NCBI GenBank assembly: GCA_001776935.1 | Contig: MFDN01000001.1 | Location: forward strand, 19,619 to 83,618 | DNA: 64,000 nucleotides | Origin: Candidatus Daviesbacteria bacterium RIFCSPLOWO2_01_FULL_39_23 | GTDB taxonomy: Bacteria; Patescibacteriota; Microgenomatia; Daviesbacterales; UBA10151 | Reading direction: 5' to 3' | Shown here: in pieces, positions 36,569-47,742 of the stretch | Layout: each line of letters opens with the position of its first letter | How positions within the stretch are numbered: position 1 is the stretch's first letter | The notes under the pieces: generated by a model | What the model was told of the DNA's origin: nothing | The model's database searches: none | Seen by the model: the letters and a program-made list of their open reading frames with translations, nothing else | Program-made: the position numbers and the translations under genes

Positions 36569-39316
36569 ATGTTGGATTTTTTGGGAAAGTTATTGGATTC
36601 AAATGAACGAGAAGTAAGTAAACTTAAACCCCTTGTTGCAGAGGTCAATAATCTTGAAAAAAGATTTGGCAAGCTTTCCGATAAACAACTTAAAGAAAGT
36701 TTTGTAAAATTCAAACTGGATCATGAAAAGGGAAAAAGTTTGGATGAGCTTTTGCCGGAGGCATTTGCCGCGGTCAGGGAAGCTGCTAAAAGAACCATTA
36801 AGCAGCGTCATTTTGATGTGCAGATTATGGCCGCCATCACTTTGCACCAGGGAAGAATTGCCGAACAGAAAACAGGTGAAGGAAAAACCTTATCTGCCAC
36901 CCCGGCTTTATATTTAAATGCAATAAGCGGTAAGGGCGTGCATCTTGTGACTGTTAATGATTATTTAGCTATGCGTGATTGCGGATGGATGGGTCCTGTT
37001 TATCATGCATTGGGGGCCAGCTGCGCCACAATTATTCATGATGCGGCTTTTATTTATGATCCTAAGCATAAGAATACCACTCATGATGATAAACGCTTAC
37101 AGTATCTGCGCCCGGTTTCCCGAAAAGAAGCTTATGAGGCAGATATAACCTATGGAACAAATAATGAGTTTGGTTTTGATTACCTGCGCGACAATATGGT
37201 ATTTAGACTTCAGGATCAATCTCAACGAGGTCATTTTTTTGCAGTGGTTGATGAAGTTGACTCTATTTTGATAGACGAAGCAAGAACTCCTCTTATTATT
37301 TCGGCCCCTGCACAGGAGGCAACTGAAAAATATTATGAATTTGCAAAGATTATTGATTCTTTGTCTCCATCTGATTATGTAATTGATGAAAAACAAAGGA
37401 CAGCTCATTTAACAGAGCATGGGACATTAAAAATCGAAAAAATGCTTGGGGTAGATAATTTATATGAAAAAGATTTTTCCACTCTTCATCATCTGGAAGA
37501 ATCATTAAAAGCTAAAACATTATTTCAAAAAGATAAAGATTATGTAGTGAAAAACGGGGAAGTGATAATTGTAGATGAATTTACCGGAAGGCTAATGTTG
37601 GGCAGAAGATACTCGGAGGGATTGCATCAGGCAATTGAGGCGAAGGAGGGGGTGGCAATCCAACAGGAATCTCAGACTCTGGCGACAATTTCTTTTCAGA
37701 ATTACTTTAGGATGTATCAAAAACTTGCAGGAATGACAGGCACTGCGGCAACAGAAGCGGAGGAATTCAATAAAATTTATAAGCTTGAGGTGATAGTCAT
37801 ACCTACCAATAATCCGATGATAAGAGCTGATCGTCCGGATATGATCTATAAAACCCAGGCTGCAAAATATACTGCTGTTGCAAATTTAGTGGAGGAGCTG
37901 CACACTAAAGGCCAGCCTGTTTTGGTTGGCACTACCTCTATTGATAAAAATGAATTCCTCTCGGAGCTTTTAAAGAGGAAAGGCATCTCGCATGCATTAT
38001 TAAATGCCAAAAATCATGAAAAAGAAGCAGAAATTATATCGCGTGCCGGCGAAAAAGCAGCAGTAACCGTGGCCACGAATATGGCAGGTCGCGGAGTTGA
38101 TATTGTTTTGAGTAAAGATGCTGCGAAGTTAGGAGGATTATATGTTATTGGAACAGAAAGGCATGAGTCAAGAAGAATAGATAATCAGTTAAGAGGACGA
38201 TCCGGCAGACAGGGTGATCGTGGCGAAACAAGATTTTTTGTATCTTTGGAAGATGACTTAATGAGAATTTTTGGCGGGGAACAAGTTTCCAAAGTCATGA
38301 ATTTTTTGAAAATGCCTGAAGATGTTCCGATTGAGCATGGGTTAATTTCCAAAGCCATAGAAGGCGCTCAAAAGAAAGTAGAGGGGCATAATTTTGATAT
38401 TAGAAAACACACCGTTGAATACGATGATGTAATGAATCAGCAAAGGAAAATTATCTATGAGGTTAGAAAAAGAGTTTTAGAGACAGCGCAGAGTCAGGAT
38501 GAATCCTTAAAAGAAGAAATCCTGGAAAAAATAGCAAGAGAAATAGGAAGCATCATCACTATTCATACGGAAGAAGGGTTGAATGCTCAAAAAATCACAG
38601 AGGAATTTGCAAGCATTGTTCCAATAGATGAAAACAGCAGGAAGGGAATAGAAACGCAGATATCCAGCTTGCAAAGTACGGATGAAATTATAAAATTCCT
38701 TACCGATCTTGCAGTTACTTTTTACTCGGAAAGAGAAAAACAGGTGGGAAAAGAGGTAGCCAGACAAATGGAGGTTTTTGTATACCTTAATACCATAGAT
38801 ACTTTATGGATTGAGCATTTGGATACAATGGATGATTTGCGTTCCGGGATAGGGCTTAGGGGGTACGCCCAAAGAGATCCGTTAATTGAATATAAAAGAG
38901 AAGGGTTTGATTTGTTTGAGAAATTGATGGTGGAAATAGATTATGAGATAGTGCATAGGATTTATAAAGTGGCAGTACAAGGGCAAGTTCCCGTCTCTGC
39001 GCCACAGCAGACAGCGATAGAGGAAAAGCATCCGGAGATTGAAATAGGGGTGGAAACTGAAGCGCAGGAAATGGGGGCAAAAGTTAAAATTGAAAGGCCC
39101 GATGATTTGGCCATTAAAGAACAAACTATCCCCGCGGATTTTCCGCCCGGTTACGGAGGCACCAAGGTGACTGTTGAAAGAGGGGGGCAAGTTATTGCGC
39201 AGGAAACATACGGGGAGAGCGGAGAATTGAATAAAGCTCATGGAAAAATAGGCAGAAATGATCCATGTCACTGTGGTTCTGGCAAAAAGTATAAAAAATG
39301 TCATTATCCTAATTAA
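36569..39316 (+). CDS. secA: Preprotein translocase ATPase SecA
   Basis: DVQIMAAITLHQGRIAEQKTGEGKTL (Walker A region), DEAD-like motor domains, C-terminal zinc-binding CHCGSGKKYKKCH. Confidence 0.95.
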   Translation: MLDFLGKLLDSNEREVSKLKPLVAEVNNLEKRFGKLSDKQLKESFVKFKLDHEKGKSLDELLPEAFAAVREAAKRTIKQRHFDVQIMAAITLHQGRIAEQKTGEGKTLSATPALYLNAISGKGVHLVTVNDYLAMRDCGWMGPVYHALGASCATIIHDAAFIYDPKHKNTTHDDKRLQYLRPVSRKEAYEADITYGTNNEFGFDYLRDNMVFRLQDQSQRGHFFAVVDEVDSILIDEARTPLIISAPAQEATEKYYEFAKIIDSLSPSDYVIDEKQRTAHLTEHGTLKIEKMLGVDNLYEKDFSTLHHLEESLKAKTLFQKDKDYVVKNGEVIIVDEFTGRLMLGRRYSEGLHQAIEAKEGVAIQQESQTLATISFQNYFRMYQKLAGMTGTAATEAEEFNKIYKLEVIVIPTNNPMIRADRPDMIYKTQAAKYTAVANLVEELHTKGQPVLVGTTSIDKNEFLSELLKRKGISHALLNAKNHEKEAEIISRAGEKAAVTVATNMAGRGVDIVLSKDAAKLGGLYVIGTERHESRRIDNQLRGRSGRQGDRGETRFFVSLEDDLMRIFGGEQVSKVMNFLKMPEDVPIEHGLISKAIEGAQKKVEGHNFDIRKHTVEYDDVMNQQRKIIYEVRKRVLETAQSQDESLKEEILEKIAREIGSIITIHTEEGLNAQKITEEFASIVPIDENSRKGIETQISSLQSTDEIIKFLTDLAVTFYSEREKQVGKEVARQMEVFVYLNTIDTLWIEHLDTMDDLRSGIGLRGYAQRDPLIEYKREGFDLFEKLMVEIDYEIVHRIYKVAVQGQVPVSAPQQTAIEEKHPEIEIGVETEAQEMGAKVKIERPDDLAIKEQTIPADFPPGYGGTKVTVERGGQVIAQETYGESGELNKAHGKIGRNDPCHCGSGKKYKKCHYPN

Positions 39317-39377
39317 GAAATTTGGATGTATCTATGAAGAATCTAAGCTTTTAAAGAAATAAGAATTTTTTAAAATC

Positions 39378-40748
39378 TTATTTAATTTTATGTAAAATTA
39401 GAACCTTATCCCGGTCTTCTTTAAGGATTTTATAATCCTGAGGAAGTATTTGTTTGTTATCAAGCCTCCATTTATTTGTAATCATAATAAAATTATCTTT
39501 GCTTTTTAATAAAGAAATAAAATCCTCAGGTCTTTTTGGCGCTTTAAAAACAATGTCTTTTTTAGAATAAAATAATGCTGCCGGAATATACTCTCCGTCT
39601 ACATAAAAATTTTGAGGGTATTTTGCAGCCTCTTTTGATAAAATTGCTTCATCAGAGATAAATGCCGGAATATTAATAAATTGATACCAAATCATTTTAA
39701 TCTGGTTAAAATAAATAAAAACGCTGAAAATGAGGATTATCCCGTAAATGTGATATTTCCATTTTGGTAAATATTTCTCCAAAAAAGAAAATGAAAATCC
39801 AAAATAAATTAAAATTAAAATCGGAAAAATAGGAATAAGGTGCCAAATTTGTATTTTAGGAGAGAAAATAATCGGTATCAAAAATGAGAGGAAAAAAAGT
39901 ATTAAGATAAAAAACCTCTTTTGTTTTAGGAAAATAGATAGCACAAGTGACAAGACTCCAGGCCAAAACCATCTGCCGATGCCACTATGAAGATATTCTT
40001 TGGCAAGGCTTAAATTGGCAAGATAAGAAGAATCAAAATTTGCTCCTCTTAAGCCTACTCCCAAATAGTTTTGAATAAATTGAGGATATTGAATTATCTG
40101 ACTTAAAAACCAACCTCCGGTAATGCTCAAAGAAAGCAAAAAGGGTAATATTATATCTTTCATTGTTATCGCCCTGTTTTTGTAAAAGATTAAAACAATA
40201 GCCGGAAGAATAGCTAAAGGGACCATAGTTTTTGTTAAAAAAAGTAAAGATAAACTTACTGATAGAGGCAGAAGATATTTTTTATTTTCGGATGCCATAA
40301 CTGCTAAAAGAAAAGTCAGGAGGAAAAACATTGTTAAGATAATATCTAAATTGCCTGACCGTGCTCTAAAAACAAACCAAATTGCTGAAGATAAAGCTAT
40401 TGCTGAGGCGAAGCCTACCAAAGGGTGAAATAGTTTCTTGCCTAACAAATATAGAAGGATAATACTAAAAACCCCTGATAATGCTGAGGGAAATCTGGTC
40501 CAAAATTCATTTATCCCGAATATTTTATAAGTTATTGCCATTAACCAATATCCAGCAATAGGGTGATCAAAGTATGGTTGGCCATTCCAAATCATATTTA
40601 TTAGACTGCCGGATCTTGTGATATTTCTGGCAACCTCTGCATACCAGGCTTCATCCCAACTTACTAATGATGTTTGTCCTAATTTAAATACAAATAAAGG
40701 TAGCAGTGCTATGATTAAAAGGAGAATTAAAATATCTAATACTTTCAC
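39378..40748 (-). CDS. GT-C-fold glycosyltransferase, PMT/ArnT-like (GT39/GT83 family)
   Basis: N-terminal QTSLVSWDEAWYAEVARNI...DHPIAGYWLMAITYKIFG (DE acidic loop and first-loop motifs of the PMT_2/ArnT family). 12+ TM helices. Confidence 0.7.
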   Translation of the reverse strand: MKVLDILILLLIIALLPLFVFKLGQTSLVSWDEAWYAEVARNITRSGSLINMIWNGQPYFDHPIAGYWLMAITYKIFGINEFWTRFPSALSGVFSIILLYLLGKKLFHPLVGFASAIALSSAIWFVFRARSGNLDIILTMFFLLTFLLAVMASENKKYLLPLSVSLSLLFLTKTMVPLAILPAIVLIFYKNRAITMKDIILPFLLSLSITGGWFLSQIIQYPQFIQNYLGVGLRGANFDSSYLANLSLAKEYLHSGIGRWFWPGVLSLVLSIFLKQKRFFILILFFLSFLIPIIFSPKIQIWHLIPIFPILILIYFGFSFSFLEKYLPKWKYHIYGIILIFSVFIYFNQIKMIWYQFINIPAFISDEAILSKEAAKYPQNFYVDGEYIPAALFYSKKDIVFKAPKRPEDFISLLKSKDNFIMITNKWRLDNKQILPQDYKILKEDRDKVLILHKIK

Positions 40749-40761
40749 AAAGATAAGTATA

Positions 40762-43161
40762 TCACCGCTTATTTGTATTCTGATTGAAGAATCTGGGGAG
40801 CATCAGTAAAAGGATAATTATTATTACCGAAATTCCGCTTATGATAGCTCCAGCCTTTAAAGAATTTGGGGCATATTTGAATTCAACAATATGATCGCCT
40901 TTTGGCAAAACAACTCCTCTGAAATTATAGTTTGTTTGGTGAATTACCGACTCTCTTCCATCTATGAAGGCTTTCCAGCCGGGATAAAAAGAATCTAAAA
41001 CTACAAGATAAGAATCTATATTTGCAGAAGCTTTAATTAGAATATGTGAATTAGTAATTTGTTCATACGTTAAATTTTCTTTTAGGTCCTCATTAGAATT
41101 ACTGTTGAACTCAAAATCTGAGATGGAAGTAGTTCTGATAGGGAAACTGTTATCAAGCATCAATTCCAAAGCTTCTTTGTCTGATGCTTTAATCACCCTA
41201 CTGGTTAAGTAAGCTCTTGGAAGAGTTTGTGTATTTTCCAGAATTACCACACCTTTGTCTCCAAATACTTCTTTGTATTTGGGAAGCTTAAGCTTGCTGG
41301 AGACCTTTCCCATTTCAGAAACTTTGCCGTTATTGTCTCTTTTTACAGCCACTATAAAGCGGACATTTGATTCATCCACTATTTTGGAATCAAAGTTTTC
41401 CAGAATACCCCAGCGGGGCTGAGGAGGGGTGTCAGATCTGCCTGAATTAGCAGACGCAAGCAACTTAGCTGTTTTTAACGGGTATACTCCGTCATAGCCT
41501 GCTATAGAAGATAATTTGTAAGGAAGCCACATATTAGCAGGGAAAACATCCTTTTCAGCGGTGAATCTGTCATATGGATATTTTTTCAAGTAATTTGAAA
41601 TAGGAGTTTCGGGATAAATAAAATTTGGACTTGAAAAGGTATTAAATTTAAGTCCGAAACGGAATAACTCGAAAATAAGCACAATAATAAACACTAAGAT
41701 AACGGTAGATTGTGGTAGCTTGGTTTTTTTGGTTAGCAAAATTAATAATGTTACAGTTATTATTAAAATGATGGGTAATATTAAATTTTTCAAGCTGATA
41801 TTTATATGAGAAATAATTTCCAAATCTGCATTTGCATTACTCATTAAAATATACCTGCTTATCAATAAACCTATTGTTATCCCTGAAGCTATGGAAAATA
41901 TCCATATACCGGGCTTTAAGCTTAATTTTGAAGGAGACTGTCTGATTAAAGATATGCCATATGCTCCTAAAACAGAAAGAGAAAAATTAATTAAGAAATT
42001 TGCCCGATTCATTGTTATGGAAGATCCTCCCCAAAGACCGAGTTTGTATAAGAAAACACTCAAAGGATTTTCAACAACAATAACTAAAGTGGTAATGAAA
42101 ATTAAAAAAGCAAACTTAACTGGAAAATTGTTCCAGTAATGCTTTACCCCTATCAGGGCAAAAATTAGGGCTGTTATCCCTCCATATAAGGTAAAATCCA
42201 TATGGTCTCCGCTGCCCCAAAAATTACCTGTGGCATCATTGCCAAAAAAGTCAGGGGCAATCAAGGTAATTAAGTTTTGTAATGATATAAAGGGACTTCC
42301 TGTTCCCAGAGTTTCAACTACTCTTTGAGAAATTCTAATCAATTCTGCGGCAGGAAATAAAAAGATTGCGCTTAAAGATGCGCCTAGAACAATAAAAAAT
42401 ATAACTTTGGGATCAGGTATAAATCTTTTTGTCTTGAAAATATACCAAATAACTAGCGCGACCAAAGTAAAACAAATGATAGGCAAATAACCTGCCAAAA
42501 TTTGTATGCATAAAAAGATGCTAAATAGTATTCCCCATTTTAGTTTTCTAGAAATTAAATATTTGTCTTCCAGTAAAATTAAGATTGGTAAAAACATGCT
42601 GGTTACAGCCTGGGTATTCCATTGCACCCATAGAATTGTAAATCCACCAAATCCATAAACAATGCCGCCAAAAATACTGGAAAGTATTTCCAATCTAAAA
42701 TGTCTTAAGAGTAAATACATAAAAAAAGACGCCAGCAGCGGTTGTGCCATTATTTGAAGAGTCCATGCAATAGGTGATGAGAATATAAGATAAAAAATCA
42801 TTGTAGGAAAAAGCGATCCTACCTGGACATTTGCGAATAACGGATAACCTCCAAACATATAAGGATTCCATAAAGGCAATTGTTTTTGTTTTACTATTTC
42901 TGCAACCAGAGATTTAAAAGGGTAATACAAAGATACGGCATCAGAGAGTTTGGGGTTTTGAACAGGTACTCCCACAATATAATTTCCCCATTTGTAATTT
43001 ATCCATGGGTGGTAAGCTCCCACAATTAAATCTGTAGGTAAAGGAATTAATCCAAGAAATATTTTATAGAAAAATATTAAGGTTAAAAAAGTAAAAAAGA
43101 TAAAAGCTATAATAATTTCTTTAATGCTCACAACTTCATTATATAATAGAGTTATCATCAA
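40762..43161 (-). CDS. YfhO-family GT-C membrane glycosyltransferase-like protein
   Basis: 799 aa polytopic. N-terminus FFYKIFLGLIPLPTDLIVGAYHPW...YYPFKSLVAEIVKQKQLPLWNPYMFGGYPL typical of bacterial YfhO proteins. Start TTG/ATG at ~43155-43161. Confidence 0.7.
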   Translation of the reverse strand: MMITLLYNEVVSIKEIIIAFIFFTFLTLIFFYKIFLGLIPLPTDLIVGAYHPWINYKWGNYIVGVPVQNPKLSDAVSLYYPFKSLVAEIVKQKQLPLWNPYMFGGYPLFANVQVGSLFPTMIFYLIFSSPIAWTLQIMAQPLLASFFMYLLLRHFRLEILSSIFGGIVYGFGGFTILWVQWNTQAVTSMFLPILILLEDKYLISRKLKWGILFSIFLCIQILAGYLPIICFTLVALVIWYIFKTKRFIPDPKVIFFIVLGASLSAIFLFPAAELIRISQRVVETLGTGSPFISLQNLITLIAPDFFGNDATGNFWGSGDHMDFTLYGGITALIFALIGVKHYWNNFPVKFAFLIFITTLVIVVENPLSVFLYKLGLWGGSSITMNRANFLINFSLSVLGAYGISLIRQSPSKLSLKPGIWIFSIASGITIGLLISRYILMSNANADLEIISHINISLKNLILPIILIITVTLLILLTKKTKLPQSTVILVFIIVLIFELFRFGLKFNTFSSPNFIYPETPISNYLKKYPYDRFTAEKDVFPANMWLPYKLSSIAGYDGVYPLKTAKLLASANSGRSDTPPQPRWGILENFDSKIVDESNVRFIVAVKRDNNGKVSEMGKVSSKLKLPKYKEVFGDKGVVILENTQTLPRAYLTSRVIKASDKEALELMLDNSFPIRTTSISDFEFNSNSNEDLKENLTYEQITNSHILIKASANIDSYLVVLDSFYPGWKAFIDGRESVIHQTNYNFRGVVLPKGDHIVEFKYAPNSLKAGAIISGISVIIIILLLMLPRFFNQNTNKR

Positions 43162-43164
43162 ACT

Positions 43165-44700
43165 ATGAATATTTTTTCACAAAAGCTTAAAATATTTTTT
43201 CTTATACTGATTATTTTTAATACCTTACTTTCCGCTTATTGGTTAATTAATGGAGATATTCATTATGATGTGGATGTTTCCCGTGACTTTTTGGTAATGG
43301 AGGATATTATTGAGAATAATCATTTTACCCTACTGGGTCCGCGTTCAGGAGCCATTCCGGGGATTTTCCATGGTCCACTTTGGTTTTATATTAACTTACC
43401 TGCATTTTTTCTGGGTAAAGGCGATCCTTTGATTGTTGGTTGGTTTTGGTTTTGCTTATCCGTATTTTTCCTGCTGCTTGTATTTTGGGTTACAAAAAAA
43501 CTGTTTGATACAGAGGTGGCATTTCTATCGACCCTTCTTCTTTCAGCTAATTCCATTATAAATCCCTCAATAGGCCTGAAGAATTTTTATAATCCCTATG
43601 GAGCGGTATTCTTAACGCCATTATTCTTTTGGTTATTCCATCGCTATATTAATAGTTTAAAAGCTAAATACTTAATTTTTAGTTTATTTACATTAGGTTT
43701 TATTATTCAATTTCAAATGGCTTTCGGAATACCGATACTTATTGCGCTTACAGTTTTTTTAGGATATTTGTTATTTATCAAGAGGAAACTCATCCATTTT
43801 CTTTCATATTTAATTTTGTTAATTCCTATTTCAACCTTTATATTATTTGATATAAAGCATGACTGGCTGCAGTATAAGGCATTGATTCGATTCCTTAGCC
43901 AAAATAGTAGCTCGGGTAATATTTTGAATATTTTTCAAGACCGTATAAGGGTATTATTTTTTGACTTTTTTGATTTTTTATCTCCGGGGAAAAATATTCT
44001 TACTATTTTTCAGGCAATTTTTTTCCTTGTTGTGTTAATTATTGGTATTAAAAGCAATAATAATCCGAAGAGAAAAGTTTACATTTTATTTTCTATAATT
44101 TTTTTTGGTTTTTGGGTAGTCTCTTTATTTTATCAAGGCGGAACCGGTAATTATTTTTGGCCGCTTTTGCCGCTTGCTGTCATTGTTTTCTGCTCATTTT
44201 ATCGCGTCTTAAAAGCGAGAATTTTTCTTGGGGTTTTCTGCCTTCTTTACCTGGTTAATGTGTATGCGGGAATCTCGGCAATCATGGATTTTGAAACCGA
44301 TGTCGATAGAAGAGGTCCTCATAGCTGGGCTTTTAATTTATATGTTGCTAAAAAAATCTATGCGGATGCAAAAGTTGATTTTGGATATTTTAACTTTTCG
44401 CCGGACAGGTATGCTTATCAACAAAGATATGCCATGAGCTATGCCAAAAAATATTCCCCAAATCTTAACTCCTTCTCTTTTGTTAAAAAGCCGCTTACTT
44501 ATTTGGTAGAAGTAGATCCTCCGAAGGATAGACCGGATTTAAATGGTACCAGCTGGAGAATTAGCGATGTTGGTATTGACCGATTGCCTGATCAGATTTT
44601 TCGCTTTGACTTTATTCAGGTTGAGAAATACTTCCTAAATAATGAAGAGATAAAAATAGAACCTAATGCATACTTGTTAGACAAGGCATTTTTAAGATAA
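43165..44700 (+). CDS. PMT/ArnT-like GT-C membrane protein, paralog A1
   Basis: HYDVDVSRDFLVMEDII...LLGPRSGAIPGIFHGPLWFYINLPAFF...KKLF... Same architecture as A2 (46216..47742). Confidence 0.55.
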   Translation: MNIFSQKLKIFFLILIIFNTLLSAYWLINGDIHYDVDVSRDFLVMEDIIENNHFTLLGPRSGAIPGIFHGPLWFYINLPAFFLGKGDPLIVGWFWFCLSVFFLLLVFWVTKKLFDTEVAFLSTLLLSANSIINPSIGLKNFYNPYGAVFLTPLFFWLFHRYINSLKAKYLIFSLFTLGFIIQFQMAFGIPILIALTVFLGYLLFIKRKLIHFLSYLILLIPISTFILFDIKHDWLQYKALIRFLSQNSSSGNILNIFQDRIRVLFFDFFDFLSPGKNILTIFQAIFFLVVLIIGIKSNNNPKRKVYILFSIIFFGFWVVSLFYQGGTGNYFWPLLPLAVIVFCSFYRVLKARIFLGVFCLLYLVNVYAGISAIMDFETDVDRRGPHSWAFNLYVAKKIYADAKVDFGYFNFSPDRYAYQQRYAMSYAKKYSPNLNSFSFVKKPLTYLVEVDPPKDRPDLNGTSWRISDVGIDRLPDQIFRFDFIQVEKYFLNNEEIKIEPNAYLLDKAFLR

Positions 44701-44711
44701 ACTAATATTTT

Positions 44712-46199
44712 GTGATTAAGAAATATTTACGTTCGCCATTTATTATACTTTTTTTTATTCTTATTTTAGGATTATTTTTTAGACTTTATAAACTGGAAAT
44801 ATTTTACTCTTGGGGGCATGATCAGGATTTATTTGCATGGATAGCAAAAGATATCGTGATTGACCATCATCTGCGCCTGATTGGACAGGAAACAAGCATA
44901 ACAGGGGTATTTATAGGTCCCATCTTTTATTATCTGATGGCGGTTTCTCTTGCGCTTTTTAATATGAATCCTCTGGGTGCTAATATTTCTGCAGTAATAA
45001 TTTCCTTATCAACAATTGTTAGTATTTATTGGGTTTTTAGTCAGTTTTTTGGGAAAAAAATCGGATTAACTGGAGCCTTTTTTTATGCAGTTTCTCCGGG
45101 TATCATACTTTTTGACAGGTGGATTGTTCCAACGCAACCTACCAGTCTGTGGTGTGTCTGGTTTTTGTACATCCTTCTCTCAATTCTCAAAGGTAATTTC
45201 CCCTTGGTGTTATTGGGTTTGCTAATTGGTTTGATCTGGCATGTTCATGTAGCTTTTATCCCGCTGCTTATACTTATACCTATCGCTTGGTGGTTATCTA
45301 AAATGCAGGGGTATAGAATTAAAATTACTGCAAAAAGCATAGTAATTTCTCTTCTTTTAATTTTTACCTTATTACTTCCTTTCTTCACCTTTGAGATTAG
45401 GCATGGATTCCAACAGATTAAGGGTTTGACCAGGGCTACTTATGAAGAAAAAGGAGACGTGAAAGGCATGGATAGGTTAAGAAAAGTTTTTAACGTTTCC
45501 GGAAGAGCGTTATCAGGCATAGTGCTTCTGGATAAAAATGCTTCTCTACCGAAGGAGTTTTTTATGTCTTTGGTCCCTCTTTTGCTCCTCTTAATTTTTT
45601 ATTTGTATAAGACAAAGATCATAACAAGAAATCAGACTGTAATTATCGGTTTATGGATTGGTATTGATTTATTGGGTCAATTCTTGTCAAAAAGATCTAT
45701 ACCGGAATATTATTTTGCTAATTTTATTGTGGTACAAATTTTAGTAATATCTGTATTTATTTCCACTTTTAATTTAAAAAGGGGATTGTCGTTTACTCCT
45801 TTATTGTTAGGAATGTACTTATTTGCAGCGACTTTTTGGTTTGTCACACAACCAGATGATCCGGGCGGATTCTTGCAAAAGAGAAGAGCTATAGAATACA
45901 TAAAAAATAATGCAGGAAACAAAGGGTATCCATGTGTGGCGATAAATTTTATTGAAGGATACGAGGGATTACCTAATGGATTCAGATACTTGTTTTGGTT
46001 GAATAACTTAAAAATTATCACACCGGGAAATGATATTCCTGTTTATAGTATAGTGACGCCTTGGACGATTTCGGCAAATGAAATTAATGCCAAATTTGGG
46101 GTTTTTGGTATCATTGAACCTCCCTCGAAAATAGTTGATCCGGAGCTTTGTTCTGACTCAAGCAGGCAATTACTACCTATATGGGGCTTTACAAATTAA
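44712..46199 (+). CDS. PMT/ArnT-like GT-C membrane protein, paralog B1
   Basis: FFRLYKLEIFYSWGHDQDLFAWIAKDIV...RLIGQETSITGVFIGPIFYYL...YAVSPG...R fits the PMT_2/ArnT N-terminal pattern. Close paralog of 52767..54272. Confidence 0.6.
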   Translation: MIKKYLRSPFIILFFILILGLFFRLYKLEIFYSWGHDQDLFAWIAKDIVIDHHLRLIGQETSITGVFIGPIFYYLMAVSLALFNMNPLGANISAVIISLSTIVSIYWVFSQFFGKKIGLTGAFFYAVSPGIILFDRWIVPTQPTSLWCVWFLYILLSILKGNFPLVLLGLLIGLIWHVHVAFIPLLILIPIAWWLSKMQGYRIKITAKSIVISLLLIFTLLLPFFTFEIRHGFQQIKGLTRATYEEKGDVKGMDRLRKVFNVSGRALSGIVLLDKNASLPKEFFMSLVPLLLLLIFYLYKTKIITRNQTVIIGLWIGIDLLGQFLSKRSIPEYYFANFIVVQILVISVFISTFNLKRGLSFTPLLLGMYLFAATFWFVTQPDDPGGFLQKRRAIEYIKNNAGNKGYPCVAINFIEGYEGLPNGFRYLFWLNNLKIITPGNDIPVYSIVTPWTISANEINAKFGVFGIIEPPSKIVDPELCSDSSRQLLPIWGFTN

Positions 46200-46215
46200 A
46201 AATAATATTCGAAGT

Positions 46216-47742
46216 ATGATTGAAGTTGTAAAAAAATGGCATTATTGGGCCATAGGTTTTATTATCTTGAATATTTTCTTAAGTTTAAGATGGTTAATTA
46301 ATGATGACATTCGTTTTGATGTAGATATATCCCGTGATTTTTTATTAATAAAGGAAATTATTACCCAAAAACCCATTACTTTGATTGGATCTCATACATC
46401 AATAAGCGGAGTTTTTCATGGACCGTTATGGTATTACCTGAATGTACCAGCTTTTTTTATCTCTTCCGGTAATCCAGTACTGATTGGATGGTTTTGGTGG
46501 GGATTGTCAATTTTAACTCTTGCTATAATATATTTTATTTCATTAAAATTATTTAATAAATCTACTGCTCTTCTGGCGACCTTACTTTACAGTGCAAATT
46601 CTATTATTAATCCTAATTATGGTCTGAAGATGTTTTTTCCTCCATATGGAGCTGTAATGTTGTTTCCAATATTTTTCTATCTTTTTATCCAGTATATTTT
46701 TAATAAAAAAGTCAAATATCTGGCATTTGCCATACTTATTTTAGGATTTATTATTCAGTTCGAAATGGCTTTTGGGATTCCTATATTGGGATTGATGGTA
46801 TTATTTCTAGTATATTTCTTATCCAGCAGAAAATTATTGAAACATTTTTTGATTCTTCCACTAATTTTTTTGCCGCTTTCCACATTTATCATTTTTGAGA
46901 TTCGACATAATTTTTTGCAGATTCAATCTCTGATTGGATATTTTGAATCTCAATTGGGCAAGAATCAATTAAATTTATACATGATTTTTATTGATAAAAT
47001 CAGAGGTATTTTTACGGATACATTTTTCTTGTTGATGCAAGATAATAGAAGCCTCAGCTGGACTTATTCTATTTTATTTGTAATTTTAATTTCCAGGATT
47101 AAATCTCCTCTTAAAAAAATTTATTGGATGTTTTTATTTTTTTATTTAGGCTATTGGGTTATTCATCTTTCTTTAAAACCCCTTTGGAGCAGTTATTACT
47201 GGCCACTCCTTACTGTAATAATTATTCTATATGCAGGTTTTATAAACTTTTTCTCCAAGAAGATATTTATTTTATTTTTTATACCGTTACTTTTATGGAA
47301 TATGTATATTGGATTAAAGTATATTAAAGATTTTGAAATGAATGTATCAGTGAGAGGTAAAAACAGTTGGGCATTTAATGAGTTAATTGCTCGAACGGTC
47401 TTTGAAGATGCAGATAGTGATTTTGGTTATTTCATTTTTATGCCAGAAAGATGGGTTTTTCAGGGATGGTATGCCTTGGATTTTTTACAGAGTCAATATC
47501 CGCAAAGAAAAGCACACCCTTTTGCAAAACAAAAATTGACGTATTTAATCATATATGATTCGCCAAAAGACTATCAGGATCCTATTAGTATGGGATGGAG
47601 AATTACCGATCTTAAAATTACCCAAAAACCGAAGGAGAATAAACGAATCGGAAACGTTGAGATTCAAAAATATTATTTATCCGAAGAAGAATTGCGATTA
47701 CCCGTGAATCCTTATTTGCTTAATTCAACTTTTTTCCGCTGA
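46216..47742 (+). CDS. PMT/ArnT-like GT-C membrane protein, paralog A2
   Basis: RFDVDISRDFLLIKEIITQKPITLIGSHTSISGVFHGPLWYYLNVPAFF. Close paralog of A1, including C-terminal domain motifs (SWAFN...DFGYF...KLTYL...PKD). ORF-track start 46135 trimmed to avoid overlap. Confidence 0.55.
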   Translation: MIEVVKKWHYWAIGFIILNIFLSLRWLINDDIRFDVDISRDFLLIKEIITQKPITLIGSHTSISGVFHGPLWYYLNVPAFFISSGNPVLIGWFWWGLSILTLAIIYFISLKLFNKSTALLATLLYSANSIINPNYGLKMFFPPYGAVMLFPIFFYLFIQYIFNKKVKYLAFAILILGFIIQFEMAFGIPILGLMVLFLVYFLSSRKLLKHFLILPLIFLPLSTFIIFEIRHNFLQIQSLIGYFESQLGKNQLNLYMIFIDKIRGIFTDTFFLLMQDNRSLSWTYSILFVILISRIKSPLKKIYWMFLFFYLGYWVIHLSLKPLWSSYYWPLLTVIIILYAGFINFFSKKIFILFFIPLLLWNMYIGLKYIKDFEMNVSVRGKNSWAFNELIARTVFEDADSDFGYFIFMPERWVFQGWYALDFLQSQYPQRKAHPFAKQKLTYLIIYDSPKDYQDPISMGWRITDLKITQKPKENKRIGNVEIQKYYLSEEELRLPVNPYLLNSTFFR

